Positions 37,658 through 51,514 of a DNA stretch of 64,000 nucleotides are shown here, piece by piece (the stretch's first letter is position 1; each line of letters starts with the position of its first letter). This DNA comes from Paraphysomonas bandaiensis. Its lineage: Eukaryota; Protista; Chrysophyceae. The stretch lies in the NCBI GenBank assembly GCA_965644295.1, contig CBFFRP010000147.1:1-64000 (forward strand), written 5' to 3'. Under the pieces are notes generated by a model. That model ran no database searches. It was not told the origin of the DNA and saw only the letters and a program-made list of their open reading frames with translations. Both the position numbers and the translations under genes were made by a program.

Positions 37658-40150
37658 CTACCCTTCAGCTCCTGGTGCTGTCACGGGTGAGCTGTTGGAC
37701 GGCCAGTGGATTGGATCCGCAGATCTAACCTCCATGCTGGAAGATGGCGTCCCTGGAATGTTGCCATCAACTGTCCCCACTACAGCGCTATATGCCCCTG
37801 TAGGAGGTGGGAACGAAATGTGCCGCGGGGAGCTGCATGGCTGAGCAGCTGTCCCAAACAAAGGAGTGGACATACGTTGCTCAGAAATGTCTGACGACTT
37901 TGACGAATACGTTGGCAGTTGCTGACCTTGTATCGGACAGAAAGATTTTGCCTGGAATATTATGGGCGAGGGTTCACATACTTTGGCCTCTGACAAAGTA
38001 GGACAGGGGATACTAGTGTCCACTGCCTTTACAATGGGAACAATGAGTAGATCTTCAGCTGTAGGACGATTGGAAGGACAAGGACTCATCATTGAGCCTA
38101 CGATGTCGCAGAGAGTCTCTGGCCTACACCCACCCACATCTTGACCTAATACATTAAGACATTTTCCTCCTCTGAGATCATGCCAGAAGTCCCCTCCATA
38201 TGGTAGTACGTCGATAACTGGTACAAGGCAGAGTTCATACAGGAACAGTCCTAATGAGAATATATCTGCCGACGGGTGGCGCTCTGAGGAGTTCAGCAAC
38301 TCCTCCGGAAGGTATCGGGTATCTCCTTCATGTCCTTCATCAGCCCCCCCTCCTACTCGGGTTGCAATGCCGAAGTCAGCAATTTTAAGTGTCCCGTCAA
38401 TCCCAATAAGTATATTTTGGGGTTTTATGTCAAGGTGCACAATGTTGTGCATGTGGACATGGTGAAGTCCACGTAACACGTCATGTAGCATTCGTACAAC
38501 TGTATTGGTACTTATCACCTCTCCTCTTCGAGCAACTGTCTCCATCATTTCCCAAACAGATCCCCTCTCCGCCAACTCCATTTGCATGTACACAAACCCG
38601 TTCTCCTGCCAAGCCAGATGAAATTCTATAATGTATCTGCAAGGAGTGGCTCCAACAATTTGCATTATTCGTACTTCATTCAATATATTCTCTCTGTCCT
38701 GATGACTACGGAACTGCTTGTGGCTCTTCTTCACTGCGTAATGCTTCCCACTCGCTTTGCACGTGACCCGATACACTTCTGCAAATTGTCCTGAACCTAC
38801 AATCCCTTCATTACGGAAATCACGGCAAAAGTCCACCCCGGTGCAGGAAGTTGAAGCCTCAACTTTGTGCGTATTGCTCAGAGATACGAGGACCTCATTA
38901 TGTACCAACGAGCTTCCCCGACAAAAGAAAGGTGACAGTGCTTCTGATCCAAATAAGTCAGCGGTTGTTTCTCGCTCCTGTAGCATCCAAACAGAAGCTC
39001 GATCGGGAGTGGCAGGACACACTGGCGTTGTGTGCAGACTAGAGTGGAAATGGCTAGTGTTCAAGCGGTTCGAGTCGAATGCACTCTGATCAGGCAGTGG
39101 GCGTCCTACAGATGAGCTACTGCTCCTTCTGTCCCCGTCGCCCGATCTTCCCTTTAGCAAGTCCGGGGTGCCTATGTCATCAGTCAGTGGGGATCTAAGG
39201 TGTTGACCAACTTTTCCACTTCCATGCACGTAGTCTGGACTGTGAGCATTATCCGCGTGTGCTATCCTCTGATGCTGTGAACCCCCCAGCTGCTTGCCTG
39301 CTGAACTTTTCTGTTTCTTGTGTTGATGTGTATCCTGAACAGGGATATTTTTGATTGGTGCGACAGACCCGTCAAAACTAAGACTAGTGGATACTGGGGA
39401 TACTGCTCCACTGAAACGAATATCATGCGATCGGTAAGTTTCATCACTTTCATACCCGGAAGGGCACTCAACATTATTAGTTGCGCTTCTATATGACGCA
39501 ACGCCGGTCTCAAATTCATTTCCACCGCTGTTGTCTTCGCTCTGACAGTGGGTATCGAGGGAATGACATGGAGACCGAATGCACAGTTCATAGCATCCTC
39601 CACCTCCTGGAGTCAATTTCTGAATGTGAGATACATGTAATCTTCTAGGGTGAGATGAATAGGATGATATAGACGATAGGAGTGACCCCTCCTGGTCACG
39701 ATCTTCCCCATCATCAGAGTGGGAATGCTCATGCTCTGTAAGGTTGGAATAGCAGCATCCATTGTCTGACATTCTGGAGACATCAAGAGACAAGAATGTA
39801 TCGGATGAAAATGAGGAATATATTCCCATACTCGTGTGATCACCATAATCATCTTCACATTGTGAATCAAAGGAACTATCAGTGTTGGTCGCATTGGACG
39901 GGTCAGTGGCTACGGAGATTGATGTACCAGCTATCTCCTCAATTCGAATCGACGACTTAGTGTTATCCATGCAGTTCAAGGTCAAGGCATCTAATGTACC
40001 GGGTTTGAACTTCTGCTTAATAGGCGACAATGCGGTCCCCTCCGCCTCACCCTCATACAGACTGCTGGGCTCCATCTCATCCTCTGAGGAGTTGTTTAAA
40101 CTAATACCGTGGAGTCTCTTCCTCTTGGGGCTGTGATGTATGGCTATCAT
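37658..40150 (-). CDS. WEE1: Wee1/Myt1-family kinase, single ORF, 830 aa
   Basis: GSGQFAEV, YAVKKS, HLDIKPQN, DFG, EGDTRYL, W.DLR.G; long Ser-rich N terminus. Confidence 0.88.
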   Translation of the reverse strand: MIAIHHSPKRKRLHGISLNNSSEDEMEPSSLYEGEAEGTALSPIKQKFKPGTLDALTLNCMDNTKSSIRIEEIAGTSISVATDPSNATNTDSSFDSQCEDDYGDHTSMGIYSSFSSDTFLSLDVSRMSDNGCCYSNLTEHEHSHSDDGEDRDQEGSLLSSISSYSSHPRRLHVSHIQKLTPGGGGCYELCIRSPCHSLDTHCQSEDNSGGNEFETGVASYRSATNNVECPSGYESDETYRSHDIRFSGAVSPVSTSLSFDGSVAPIKNIPVQDTHQHKKQKSSAGKQLGGSQHQRIAHADNAHSPDYVHGSGKVGQHLRSPLTDDIGTPDLLKGRSGDGDRRSSSSSVGRPLPDQSAFDSNRLNTSHFHSSLHTTPVCPATPDRASVWMLQERETTADLFGSEALSPFFCRGSSLVHNEVLVSLSNTHKVEASTSCTGVDFCRDFRNEGIVGSGQFAEVYRVTCKASGKHYAVKKSHKQFRSHQDRENILNEVRIMQIVGATPCRYIIEFHLAWQENGFVYMQMELAERGSVWEMMETVARRGEVISTNTVVRMLHDVLRGLHHVHMHNIVHLDIKPQNILIGIDGTLKIADFGIATRVGGGADEGHEGDTRYLPEELLNSSERHPSADIFSLGLFLYELCLVPVIDVLPYGGDFWHDLRGGKCLNVLGQDVGGCRPETLCDIVGSMMSPCPSNRPTAEDLLIVPIVKAVDTSIPCPTLSEAKVCEPSPIIFQAKSFCPIQGQQLPTYSSKSSDISEQRMSTPLFGTAAQPCSSPRHISFPPPTGAYSAVVGTVDGNIPGTPSSSMEVRSADPIHWPSNSSPVTAPGAEG

Positions 40151-40910
40151 GGGCTGACAGACAGTTAAACAGATAGATGGAGATGTTAATGAACAATGAG
40201 ATCAGCTCAGTGTACTCTGAGAGGCACTGCCAACCTATGAAGAGTATTCGGTGCTACATTGGACAGATACGATTCTATAATATCTTTAAGGAGGTATATC
40301 GTCAGTCCATACCACCGATCTATGTGTCTATGTATGTGTCTATATGTGTCTATGTACGTGTGCGAGGGTATCTATAGTATCAGCTATCAAATAGTTGTGT
40401 CCACATTAGACAATCCGCCAAATTCTATATACCAGAATATGGTACTGTATACTTCACTTCACTCGCACGAAGAGCGTATCATTCAGCGACTCGAGATGGG
40501 AATGTACTAGTCTTGTATATGGGGAGGGGCATACGGGTGCAGCGTCACCTTCAACAGAAATATTAACTGAAGAACACGCACTTGTACTGAGAATATCTTT
40601 AACAGACACACTTTTTTTTTACATTATTTTATTTGTTGTCTTATGTATTAACTGTATTATTTTAACTGTATTATGAGTCTGTATTACGATTTCTCCAGTG
40701 ATGCTGCTGGTGCTGTTGAGTAGGAGACAAACAGGCAGATAGAACAAACGTGCATGCATGCATACATACATGCATACGTACATAGCGTATAGCTATACGG
40801 TTTATGTATGCAGCATTGCTCATGACTATCACGTCAAGCTCGAGCTATACACACACTCTACCAGCAACACTGATACAGATAAGCGAAACACTTCGTACAA
40901 GAGATTAACC

Positions 40911-42065
40911 ATGAATATACAACAAATGCAACAACTGCTGGGCCGGGGAGCACCAGCCGGAGGCCCTGCTGCTGACACACCTCTCCCTGACACTGCAGAG
41001 AAGGTCCAGATATCTTCCCTCTCCTTGTTGAAAATGCTGAAGCATGGTACTCATTCCATCATTAGAAGTAACTGTTTAATGTGAAACAGGTCGCGCTGGT
41101 GTTCCTATGGAGGTGATGGGGCTCATGCTTGGACAGTTTGTAGACGAGTATACCATCACGTGTGTCGACGTGTTCGCCATGCCGCAGGTCTGTTTTATCT
41201 ATTACGCATTGAGTTGGAGTAGACCTTATAATGCCAAATACAGCATGGTACTGGTGTAAGTGTTGAGGCTGTGGACCCAGTCTTTCAGACCAATATGCTC
41301 GACATGCTTAAGCAGACAGGACGCCCTGAGATGGTAGTTGGATGGTATCATTCCCACCCGGGATTCGGATGCTGGCTCTCTGGAGTCGATATGAACACAC
41401 AACAGTCCTTTGAACAGCTGAATCCCAGGGCGGTATGTATTATAGTAAACTGGCGTACGTAGTTTCTGGTTTATATATGGTGTACAATCGCGCTATCGAT
41501 GATTGCTCATCCGAAATGGTGCCTTGTCTTGACAGGCTGTTTATAGGCTGCAGTTGTGATCGATCCAGTGCAGAGTGTTAAGGGTAAAGTAGTTATTGAC
41601 GCCTTCCGTATGATCGCCTCTGGCCCGCAGATGATGATGGCCCTTCCTACTGAACCCCGTCAGACCACCTCTAACATTGGGTTTCTCAAGAAGCCCACTA
41701 TTCAAGCACGTATTCACGGACTGGACAAGTACTACTACTCTCTGGTCATAGACTGGCGCAAGAATGACCTTGAAGAGCAAATTCTTCAGAACCTTAACAA
41801 AAAGGATTGGACTGCTGGCCTGTTGGTAAAGCGATTTGAAGATCACAAAAAGGCAACCGAAGCCTTGTTGGAAGACATGGCCCATCTTTCCAAAGGCTAT
41901 TGTGATAGGGTAAAGGAGGAGGAAGGGAGGACACCGGAGGAAGTTGAAGTTATGAATGTTGGTAAAGTTGATCCCAAGAAACACCTAGAGAATGATGTAA
42001 ACGAGCTCCTAGCTAGCTCTATTGTGCAGTGCCTGGGAACCATGATTGACACAGTAGTCTTTTAG
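40911..42065 (+). CDS. RPN11: 26S proteasome lid deubiquitinase Rpn11/PSMD14, 4 exons
   Basis: [28 protein letters not shown] motif [32 protein letters not shown]. Confidence 0.96.
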
Positions 42066-42422
42066 GGTGAAGGGTGTGTCGTGATATAGATTCGCAAAAG
42101 CCTATTTTGAAGAGTATATGGAGGTTGTAGGGATTTTCAGTTCAATAGAGTAGTTCGACTGTAATATACGGAGTAATTCATTTTGAAGATAATGGTTTGT
42201 GTCCGGTGCGTAGTTTCGACGTTTCGACGGCAATCCGTAGCCAGTAGCCAGTGAAAGGGTTGGCGCCTTGATGTAGTTAGTTGTTGTCATGTACTACTAG
42301 TATCGCAGTCTGTTGTCAAGGAAGGAGTTGCGATAAAGATGAATACACTATTCGCAAAGCTGCATATTATATATTGATATACGACAGGATATCATAATAT
42401 ATATATCACTCTAATACTATAC

Positions 42423-42928
42423 TGAAAGTCTTTTATTTAGCAATAGGCGTTAAAAGCCTGCACCGATTTAGTAGCTAGATGAATGCTAGTCAACCTAGAT
42501 AGACCTCTACCTACTAATTACTACAAACTCTATTATCCTACTATTTAACGCTACGGAAGCTGCTTGTGCGTCGCCGCAAGTACCAAGGTGCAACCACTTC
42601 CGTTCTGAGTCCTTAAGGTGAACATCCCAAATGTTTGACTTCAGCAGGCAGCCCAATACCCCGGTTACCCTTCAGGTGGGCCCTGTCCCGGATGCCTTTG
42701 TGGTGGGCCCATTTCCGGAGGCCTGTGTATTCGTCAGGGCCCAAAGACGTCTACACAAGTGACACGTATTGGTGTCCCTTGTACCACACAAGCATTCGGC
42801 TATGAGTGGGCAGAAGAATATCTGCTGACTATGTTTGCGTCGCACGTTAGTTTCCCAGAAAGAATCTCTCCAGTACTTATCCCCCAGAACACCACACGAA
42901 AAGGTGCGAGTCCGACTTTGTTGAGGGA
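42423..42928 (-). mobile_element. Full-length family S copy
   Basis: Both ends present; degenerate TSD CTCTAATACTATAC / CTCTCATAATATAC. Confidence 0.8.
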
Positions 42929-43107
42929 CTCTCATAATATACAACACAATCGATAGTTGCTCCAAGCGACGCGAATTTCTCAATCAGTAACATTTAAACA
43001 ATGCTGATTATTAATCACATTACCTAATCCAGGGCCTGGTAACCATTAATCATAACGCTACTAGTAATAGCCACTACTGGGAAATTAATGGTAAACCCAC
43101 TTTTTGC

Positions 43108-43482
43108 CGTGTGGTACAAGGGACACTAATTAGTGCCACTTGTAATAGACATCATGTTTTTGTTTCTGCCTTTTGACGAATAGTCAGGCATCCGGGAAAA
43201 TGGGCCCACCTCTAGAGGATAACAGGGGTATTGGGCTCCCTATACTAAAGTCAAGCATTCGGGCTGTTCACCTTAAGAACTATTAAATTCCTGAAGTCAG
43301 CAGATGTCAGAAATATCAACATTATGCTTGCTCATTGCGATTGCTTTGAGTGATAGAGCGCGAGTGGTTGCACCTTGGTGTTTGCGGTGACGCACAAGCA
43401 GCTTCTGTATAGCGTTAAATAATATATAGTAGGGTATTTAAGCATTGACTCTTCAACGCCTAATGCTGATAACAAGACATTC
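43108..43482 (+). mobile_element. Diverged, 5'-truncated family S copy with a ~75-bp insertion; a further 3'-end fragment lies at ~43698-43726
   Basis: GTGGTACAAGGGACAC...GGGCCCACC...CACCTTGGTG...AACGCCTAATGCTGATAACAAGAC. Confidence 0.65.
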
Positions 43483-44636
43483 TAGTGGAATCATAATGTA
43501 TGTTATGATAGTTTAATATGATGCAAAGGCACAAGAGCTCGCGGAGCAGAGTAACAGCTAATTGTCTATTACTTGGCACAGGTTGTAGTCAATTATAATT
43601 GCGATTAGTACTTATACTTGGTAACTCAATTAATTGTAATCTATAATTGATTTTAAACTACGTACTTATATACAGCTATACAGCCTTGGCGCTTACACGC
43701 CCATTGCTAATAATAAGACATTCACTACTAATCCATAGTTTTACCATACAATCAATTGCTTTCTACCGCTGGAATATTGTATGTATACAGGTTGTATATG
43801 ATTTATTATTAAAGGTTACCTGTGTCACACTAATAATAATATATATATATATATATACAGTAGCTACCAACATAGCTTGCTCGGCTATCATTTCATTCCA
43901 GAGGCGACAACTCATACGTAAAAACATGGGAGCTCTAAAAGCGGAGTATTCATAAATTAGTCATAATACCATAGCTGTGCTGAATAATCTTTCAACCTTA
44001 TTGTTTTTTTGGGCTTGTGGCATGCAAGTGTTTCATGCTGTAAAAAGGCGTAATTGCTTCAGCTACAGTACCTAATACTATCAATCAAACACTGGCCCTG
44101 TGTTGACACTCTGAAATGATCCATCACTGTTCGCTGTCATAAACACCTTCTTACCCCTTGAGAACATATATTAATTTGATCCTTTTTCGTCAGGCGTTAG
44201 GTTATATCAGACTTCGTTACCACCTTGCATGCTATGTTGTGTAGTACCGCTTATGATTACGTACAGTAGATACATATTTAAATTGAAGGCATTAACAGTA
44301 TTCCAACTAGTTGCAATAATTGACAATTAATAAAATAATTTTTTAATCAATTATAATTATTATTCGCTGTCCAATTTCAATTATTGTAATGATGCCAATA
44401 ATTGACTATCAATTGTTACACAGCCCTGCTAACGAGTAGAGTGTTACTGGCTGGCGACATCCTACATCGATGCAGAGAATAGATAGCATTGATAGAAACG
44501 CAGTAACACTTACGCTGGATATATAGTGTAGATGTGTATGTTATAGCAACGTTAAAAACAATGATCATGGAACATTTATGTTTAATGATACTGTGGCAAA
44601 GAAAACAAATAAAAAAATATATGCATGAAGTCGAAG

Positions 44637-45630
44637 CTATTCAGAGTAGTTCCTCTTTCTCATGACTGTGCTGCCGCAATATACCTCTACTTCATCAACC
44701 TGTGACAAGAAGTTATAACATGAAGTAGGTGGTATCATCACATTGGTGTGCTATCGTTGTCATACAGAACACTATCAACTTATAGATTGTAATTAATATA
44801 CAGGTGTAAAAGCTATCACACTCACAGAAAAGTATTTATCAGACTCTTCTGGTACTAGCGGAGGATTGCTATATGTTTGAGATGCCTCTGATGAAACCAA
44901 TTCGAAATCTTTGGCAACATATATAGCATTGCCACCTCCTTGTGAGGCACCAAACACCATATATTCTGGTGTACATACGGCTATCTGTGAGCTGACAGTG
45001 TCCTCTGTGGAGGAATTTTCGAGAGATGGAGGTGTCCAGACGTATCTTCCAGGGCATGGCTCTGACAGTCTGAAGCAGAAACCTTCTCCGTTTCCCCTGC
45101 GTGACGGTCTAGGAGGTGATATTGTGCCCCCGACATATACTCCAAAAACAGCCTGTGATACTTTAGCACGCATGAGCACAACACATGGCTCGCGATATAA
45201 AGTGAGGGCGTAAAGACTCGCAAAAGCCCACCCGTCCCGGTGTGTCGCGAACGCAAGTTTACATCCACCGAAAGATGTCGTGAATGTAGATGGGACGTAT
45301 AACATTAACAAAGACGCCATTTCCAGATTAAGAATATTTGACCCACTAAAAAACGATAGCGGTGTTGCCTGAAGAGGAAGATTGTGTTGCCGCAGCGTGA
45401 ATGGCAGAGAATGTACGCTGTCGTCGGCCTCGCAAGACTCTGAATCAGGAGGGTTCTCTACGCAGTCGTCGCTGAAACAGTAGCATATGAGAAGCGGACT
45501 TCGCCACCCTGTGTACTTATCAGGGGTGGGCTTGAACCCGTTAGTGATACTGCTTTCTGGAGGAGAGATACGGCTGTCTGTGTCTATGGTGGGCTTGGTG
45601 TACTCTATCACACTGTCACTCTTCACCCGC
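44637..45630 (-). CDS. TLDc-domain protein (OXR1/NCOA7-like); last exons, 5' end unresolved
   Basis: LAFATHRDG...SLY, AVFGVY, GNGEGFCF, TYSNPPL; intron 44825-44700 leads to VDEVEVY...stop. Confidence 0.8.
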
Positions 45631-45970
45631 CTGTTGATATTCATCACCACTATAAACGTACAAACTCTAGACAGCAAACACAAATGAGCTCCTTCAAACA
45701 AGTGATTCTACGTGGAACTGATAATCAGTCACATCAGTGTACAGCATATCAACCATATGACGCCATGTACAGCACAGAAGAAACAAGAAGAAGATCGAGT
45801 CGAGGGTGAAGTTATGGGCTGATAATGGGCTCCACCAAACAAAACGCATGGAGAGGTGTGTGATTGGATGTAAATGATTTTAGATATGAAGTGCTGGTGC
45901 TGACGAGCTCTTCTGGATAAAAAAATCCTCCGTTATTTCTGTATTTTTTGGGTATATCTTATACACACGC

Positions 45971-48900
45971 ATCTTACAGAGCAGAGGCAGAGGTAGAGGA
46001 TCTTCATAAGGTTGATTCCAACAACAGTCACTCCAGATGACGACAGCGCAGATCCAACAGAGCAGATCTAACAGAGCAGAGGCAGAGGTAGAGGATCTTC
46101 ATAAGGTTGATTCCAACAACAGTCACTCCAGATGACGACAGCGCAGATCCAACAGAGCAGATCTAACAGAGCAGAGGCAGAGGCAGAGGAGCCTCATAAG
46201 GTTGATTCCAACAACAGTCACTCCAGATGACGGCAGCGCAGATCCAACAGAGCAGATCTAACAGAGCAGAGGCAGAGGTAGAGGATCTTCATAAGGTTGA
46301 TTCCAACAACAGTCACTCCAGATGACGACAGCGCAGATCCAACAGAGCAGATCTAACAGAGCAGAGGCAGAGGCAGAGGAGCCTCATAAGGTTGATTCCA
46401 ACAACAGTCACTCCAGATGACGGCAGCGCAGATCCAACAGAGCAGATCTAACAGAGCAGAGGCAGAGGCAGAGGATCCTCATAAGGTTGATTCCAACAAC
46501 AGTCACTCCAGATGACGACAGCGCAGATCCAACAGAGCAGATCTAACAGAGCAGAGGCAGAGGCAGAGGATCCTCATAAGGTTGATTCCAACAACAGTCA
46601 CTCCAGATGACGACAGCGCAGATCCAACAGAGCAGATCTAACAGAGCAGAGGCAGAGGCAGAGGATCCTCATAAGGTTGATTCCAACAACAGTCACTCCA
46701 GATGACGGCAGCGCAGATCCAACAGAGCAGATCTAACAGAGCAGAGGCAGAGGCAGAGGATCCTCATAAGGTTGATTCCAACAACAGTCACTCCAGATGA
46801 CGGCAGCGCAGATCTAACAGAGCAGAGGCAGAGGCAGAGGCAGAGGAGCCTCATAAGGTTGATTCCAACAACAGTCACTCCAGATGACGGCAGCGCAGAT
46901 CTAACAGAGCAGATCTAACAGAGCAGAGGCAGAGGCAGAGGATCCTCATAAGGTTGATTCCAACAACAGTCACTCCAGATGACGGCAGCGCAGATCCAAC
47001 AGAGCAGATCTAACAGAGCAGAGGCAGAGGCAGAGGATCCTCATAAGGTTGATTCCAACAACAGTCACTCCAGATGACGGCAGCGCAGATCTAACAGAGC
47101 AGATCTAACAGAGCAGAGGCAGAGGCAGAGGATCCTCATAAGGTTGATTCCAACAACAGTCACTCCAGATGACGGCAGCGCAGATCCAACAGAGCAGATC
47201 TAACAGAGCAGAGGCAGAGGCAGAGGATCCTCATAAGGTTGATTCCAACAACAGTCACTCCAGATGACGGCAGCGCAGATCTAACAGAGCAGATCTAACA
47301 GAGCAGAGGCAGAGGCAGAGGAGCCTCATAAGGTTGATTCCAACAACAGTCACTCCAGATGACGGCAGCGCAGATCCAACAGAGCAGATCTAACAGAGCA
47401 GAGGCAGAGGCAGAGGATCCTCATAAGGTTGATTCCAACAACAGTCACTCCAGATGACGACAGCGCAGATCCAACAGAGCAGATCTAACAGAGCAGAGGC
47501 AGAGGTAGAGGATCCTCATAAGGTTGATTCCAACAACAGTCACTCCAGATGACGACAGCGCAGATCCAACAGAGCAGATCTAACAGAGCAGAGGCAGAGG
47601 CAGAGGAGCCTCATAAGGTTGATTCCAACAACAGTCACTCCAGACGACGGCAGCGCAGATCCAACAGAGCAGATCTAACAGAGCAGAGGCAGAGGCAGAG
47701 GATCCTCATAAGGTTGATTCCAACAACAGTCACTCCAGATGACGGCAGCGCAGATCTAACAGAGCAGAGGCAGAGGCAGAGGCAGAGGAGCCTCATAAGG
47801 TTGATTCCAACAACAGTCACTCCAGATGACGGCAGCGCAGATCTAACAGAGCAGAGGCAGAGGCAGAGGCAGAGGATCCTCATAAGGTTGATTCCAACAA
47901 CAGTCACTCCAGATGACGGCAGCGCAGATCTAACAGAGCAGAGGCAGAGGCAGAGGATCCTCATAAGGTTGATTCCAACAACAGTCACTCCAGATGACGG
48001 CAGCGCAGATCTAACAGAGCAGAGGCAGAGGCAGAGGATCCTCATAAGGTTGATTCCAACAACAGTCACTCCAGATGACGGCAGCGCAGATCAGCGCAGA
48101 TCCAACAGAGCAGAGGCAGAAGCAGAGGATCCTCATAAGGTTGATTCCAACAACAGTCACTCCAGATGACGACAGCGCAGATCCAACAGAGCAGATCTAA
48201 CAGAGCAGAGGCAGAGGCAGAGGATCCTCATAAGGTTGATTCCAACAACAGTCACTCCAGATGACGACAGCGCAGATCCAACAGAGCAGATCTAACAGAG
48301 CAGAGGCAGAGGCAGAGGATCCTCATAAGGTTGATTCCAACAACAGTCACTCCAGATGACGGCAGCGCAGATCCAACAGAGCAGATCTAACAGAGCAGAG
48401 GCAGAGGCAGAGGATCCTCATAAGGTTGATTCCAACAACAGTCACTCCAGATGACGGCAGCGCAGATCTAACAGAGCAGAGGCAGAGGCAGAGGATCCTC
48501 ATAAGGTTGATTCCAACAACAGTCACTCCAGATGACGGCAGCGCAGATCTAACAGAGCAGAGGCAGAGGCAGAGGCAGAGGAGCCTCATAAGGTTGATTC
48601 CAACAACAGTCACTCCAGATGACGGCAGCGCAGATCTAACAGAGCAGATCTAACAGAGCAGAGGCAGAGGCAGAGGATCCTCATAAGGTTGATTCCAACA
48701 ACAGTCACTCCAGATGACGGCAGCGCAGATCTAACAGAGCAGAGGCAGAGGCAGAGGATCCTCATAAGGTTGATTCCAACAACAGTCACTCCAGATGACG
48801 GCAGCGCAGATCTAACAGAGCAGAGGCAGAGGCAGAGGATCCTCATAAGGTTGATTCCAACAACAGTCACTCCAGATGACGGCAGCGCAGATCAGCGCAG

Positions 48901-49966
48901 ATCCAACAGAGCAGAGGCAGAAGCAGAGGATCCTCATAAGGTTGATTCCAACAACAGTCACTCCAGATGACGGCAGCGCAGATCAGCGCAGATCCAACAG
49001 AGCAGAGGCAGAAGCAGAGGATCCTCATAAGGTTGATTCCAACAACAGTCACTCCAGATGACGACAGCGCAGATCCAACAGAGCAGATCTAACAGAGCAG
49101 AGGCAGAGGCAGAGGATCCTCATAAGGTTGATTCCAACAACAGTCACTCCAGATGACGACAGCGCAGATCCAACAGAGCAGATCTAACAGAGCAGAGGCA
49201 GAGGCAGAGGATCCTCATAAGGTTGATTCCAACAACAGTCACTCCAGATGACGGCAGCGCAGATCCAACAGAGCAGATCTAACAGAGCAGAGGCAGAGGC
49301 AGAGGATCCTCATAAGGTTGATTCCAACAACAGTCACTCCAGATGACGGCAGCGCAGATCTAACAGAGCAGAGGCAGAGGCAGAGGCAGAGGAGCCTCAT
49401 AAGGTTGATTCCAACAACAGTCACTCCAGATGACGGCAGCGCAGATCTAACAGAGCAGATCTAACAGAGCAGAGGCAGAGGCAGAGGATCCTCATAAGGT
49501 TGATTCCAACAACAGTCACTCCAGATGACGGCAGCGCAGATCTAACAGAGCAGAGGCAGAGGCAGAGGATCCTCATAAGGTTGATTCCAACAACAGTCAC
49601 TCCAGATGACGGCAGCGCAGATCTAACAGAGCAGAGGCAGAGGCAGAGGCAGAGGAGCCTCATAAGGTTGATTCCAACAACAGTCACTCCAGATGACGGC
49701 AGCGCAGATCAGCGCAGATCCAACAGAGCAGAGGCAGAAGCAGAGGATCCTCATAAGGTTGATTCCAACAACAGTCACTCCAGATGACGACAGCGCAGAT
49801 CCAACAGAGCAGAGGCAGAGGCAGAGGATCCTCATAAGGTTGATTCCAACAACAGTCACTCCAGATGACGACAGCGCAGATCTAACAGAGCAGAGGCAGA
49901 GGATCCTCATAAGGTTGATTCCAACAACAGTCACTCCAGATGACGACAGCGCAGATCTAACAGAGC
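45971..49966. repeat. Modular tandem satellite, 44 units of 75/81/87/91/95 bp
   Basis: Core CATAAGGTTGATTCCAACAACAGTCACTCCAGATGACG counted 44 times; length variants arise from optional 6-, 10- and 14-bp modules. Confidence 0.97.
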
Positions 49967-51514
49967 GGATTGCAGTTTCAGAGTAGCAACTGAGCTTAAG
50001 TTAATTGGCTTTATGTAAATAAATATGATAGAAATATAATATATACACCAATGATATATATCTTAAGCCGAGTGAGAATTATTTCTGGAAATGTTTTTTC
50101 CAAGAAGTATTGATGCAAGTACCAGTGCAAATGGAATCAACTTTTGCATATTAGTGTTTAGAGTACACTTATAGAACTACACCTATTCTTCTTTCGCTAT
50201 ATGTAACCACGGGTTTAACGGTCACGGGATAAATGCAGGCTATGTCATCACGCGCTCAAAATTTTGAAACGAGGGCCAAATCCTCAAAACAAATTTATTG
50301 TTACGCAGACCGGCTACAAGATACGTAAGGGAATGCAATTGTACTAGATTATCTCGAAACAGTAAATCCCAAAATTTCAGTAAGAGCCACAACAAAAGGA
50401 CGCTGGGTATAGCAACTGCAAGGTATATTGCAATTCGTAAATAAATGTAATATGTAATAAATGTAGACTTTAGTCGCACGAGGCTTCTTGCTATAGCCGG
50501 CAATATCATACTTTTGTCTTTTGTATATCACACTTAGACTTGCTAGTGCAACCGACTCGAATGCTAAGTGTACGGCATGAGGGACATATGTGATAAACAT
50601 AACATGACCAAAACCAGCACTGACAGGGTGCCACTGCTCCGAATCACCTTCAGCATCGGATGTGGCATTAGAACGCACGCGTAAAATTCTTGAAGTTGTT
50701 GCAAAGCCGTGGTTATGAAGTTATAACACATGCATTACCATCATTATATCATTATAATCTTCTACATCAGACGAAGGATGGAGTGTAACTTGCAGTGTTT
50801 GATGCTCATATTTTTATGCCAAAGCTGACTTATCATTGTAGCTTCCTTATAATTGTGTAAAATAATTAAGTCACATACAGATATCTGTCAATATTATAAT
50901 TTATAATTAAGATAGAAGATAGTTTCTGTTCGAACTGAATGCTGAAGTTAAATGTCTATATTTACCCGGTGCTAATATGAACGCCTCAACCCATGTCTCT
51001 CACTCTTGATACGCTCACCACTCTAAGACAGGATAACGTACCCCTTCCCATTCCTACGGAGCCCTACCCTAAAGTGCGCCCCCCTGACTAAACGAGCATT
51101 ATCCCCGTAGGAATCACATCTTCGGAAAACTTTTTATCACATTCAAGAGCGGACGATTGTACACTATATTTATTGCCTTTGTTTAGTGTTCAATGCCGTT
51201 ATTGTTTAACAAAGAATAACAAACTACACCTGACACTATGTAGTACAGCGTGTATAACCTTAATATAAGCTTATTTTTGCTTCGGTGCTATGCGAAAGTG
51301 ACAATGTAACAGTTACATAATGACGTTAATTACATTTGTAGGGTCATTATACACTTGCACATAGAATGATGGTGACCACCTTCATATCACAGCTACATAT
51401 AACATGTAAAGATCTAATAATTTACCCATATATCACGTAGAAGCATTGCTGTCTGCGCAATGTATTAGCGACCAACATGTTTCGCGCCCACCCAAAGTAA
51501 AACAAAACGCGATG

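Noticed and set aside
42720-42745. Hammerhead ribozyme in family S (CTGACGA on the minus strand)
   Set aside because: No correctly placed GAAA or stem II, and the motif is not conserved in the 61305 copy.
42672-42983. Protein-coding ORFs inside family S
   Set aside because: Frames are broken by indels between copies and show no recognisable domain.
45971-49966. CRISPR-like array or repeat-protein gene
   Set aside because: Linkers are near-identical rather than unique spacers, no cas genes are present, the context is eukaryotic, and the 91/95-bp units break the frame.
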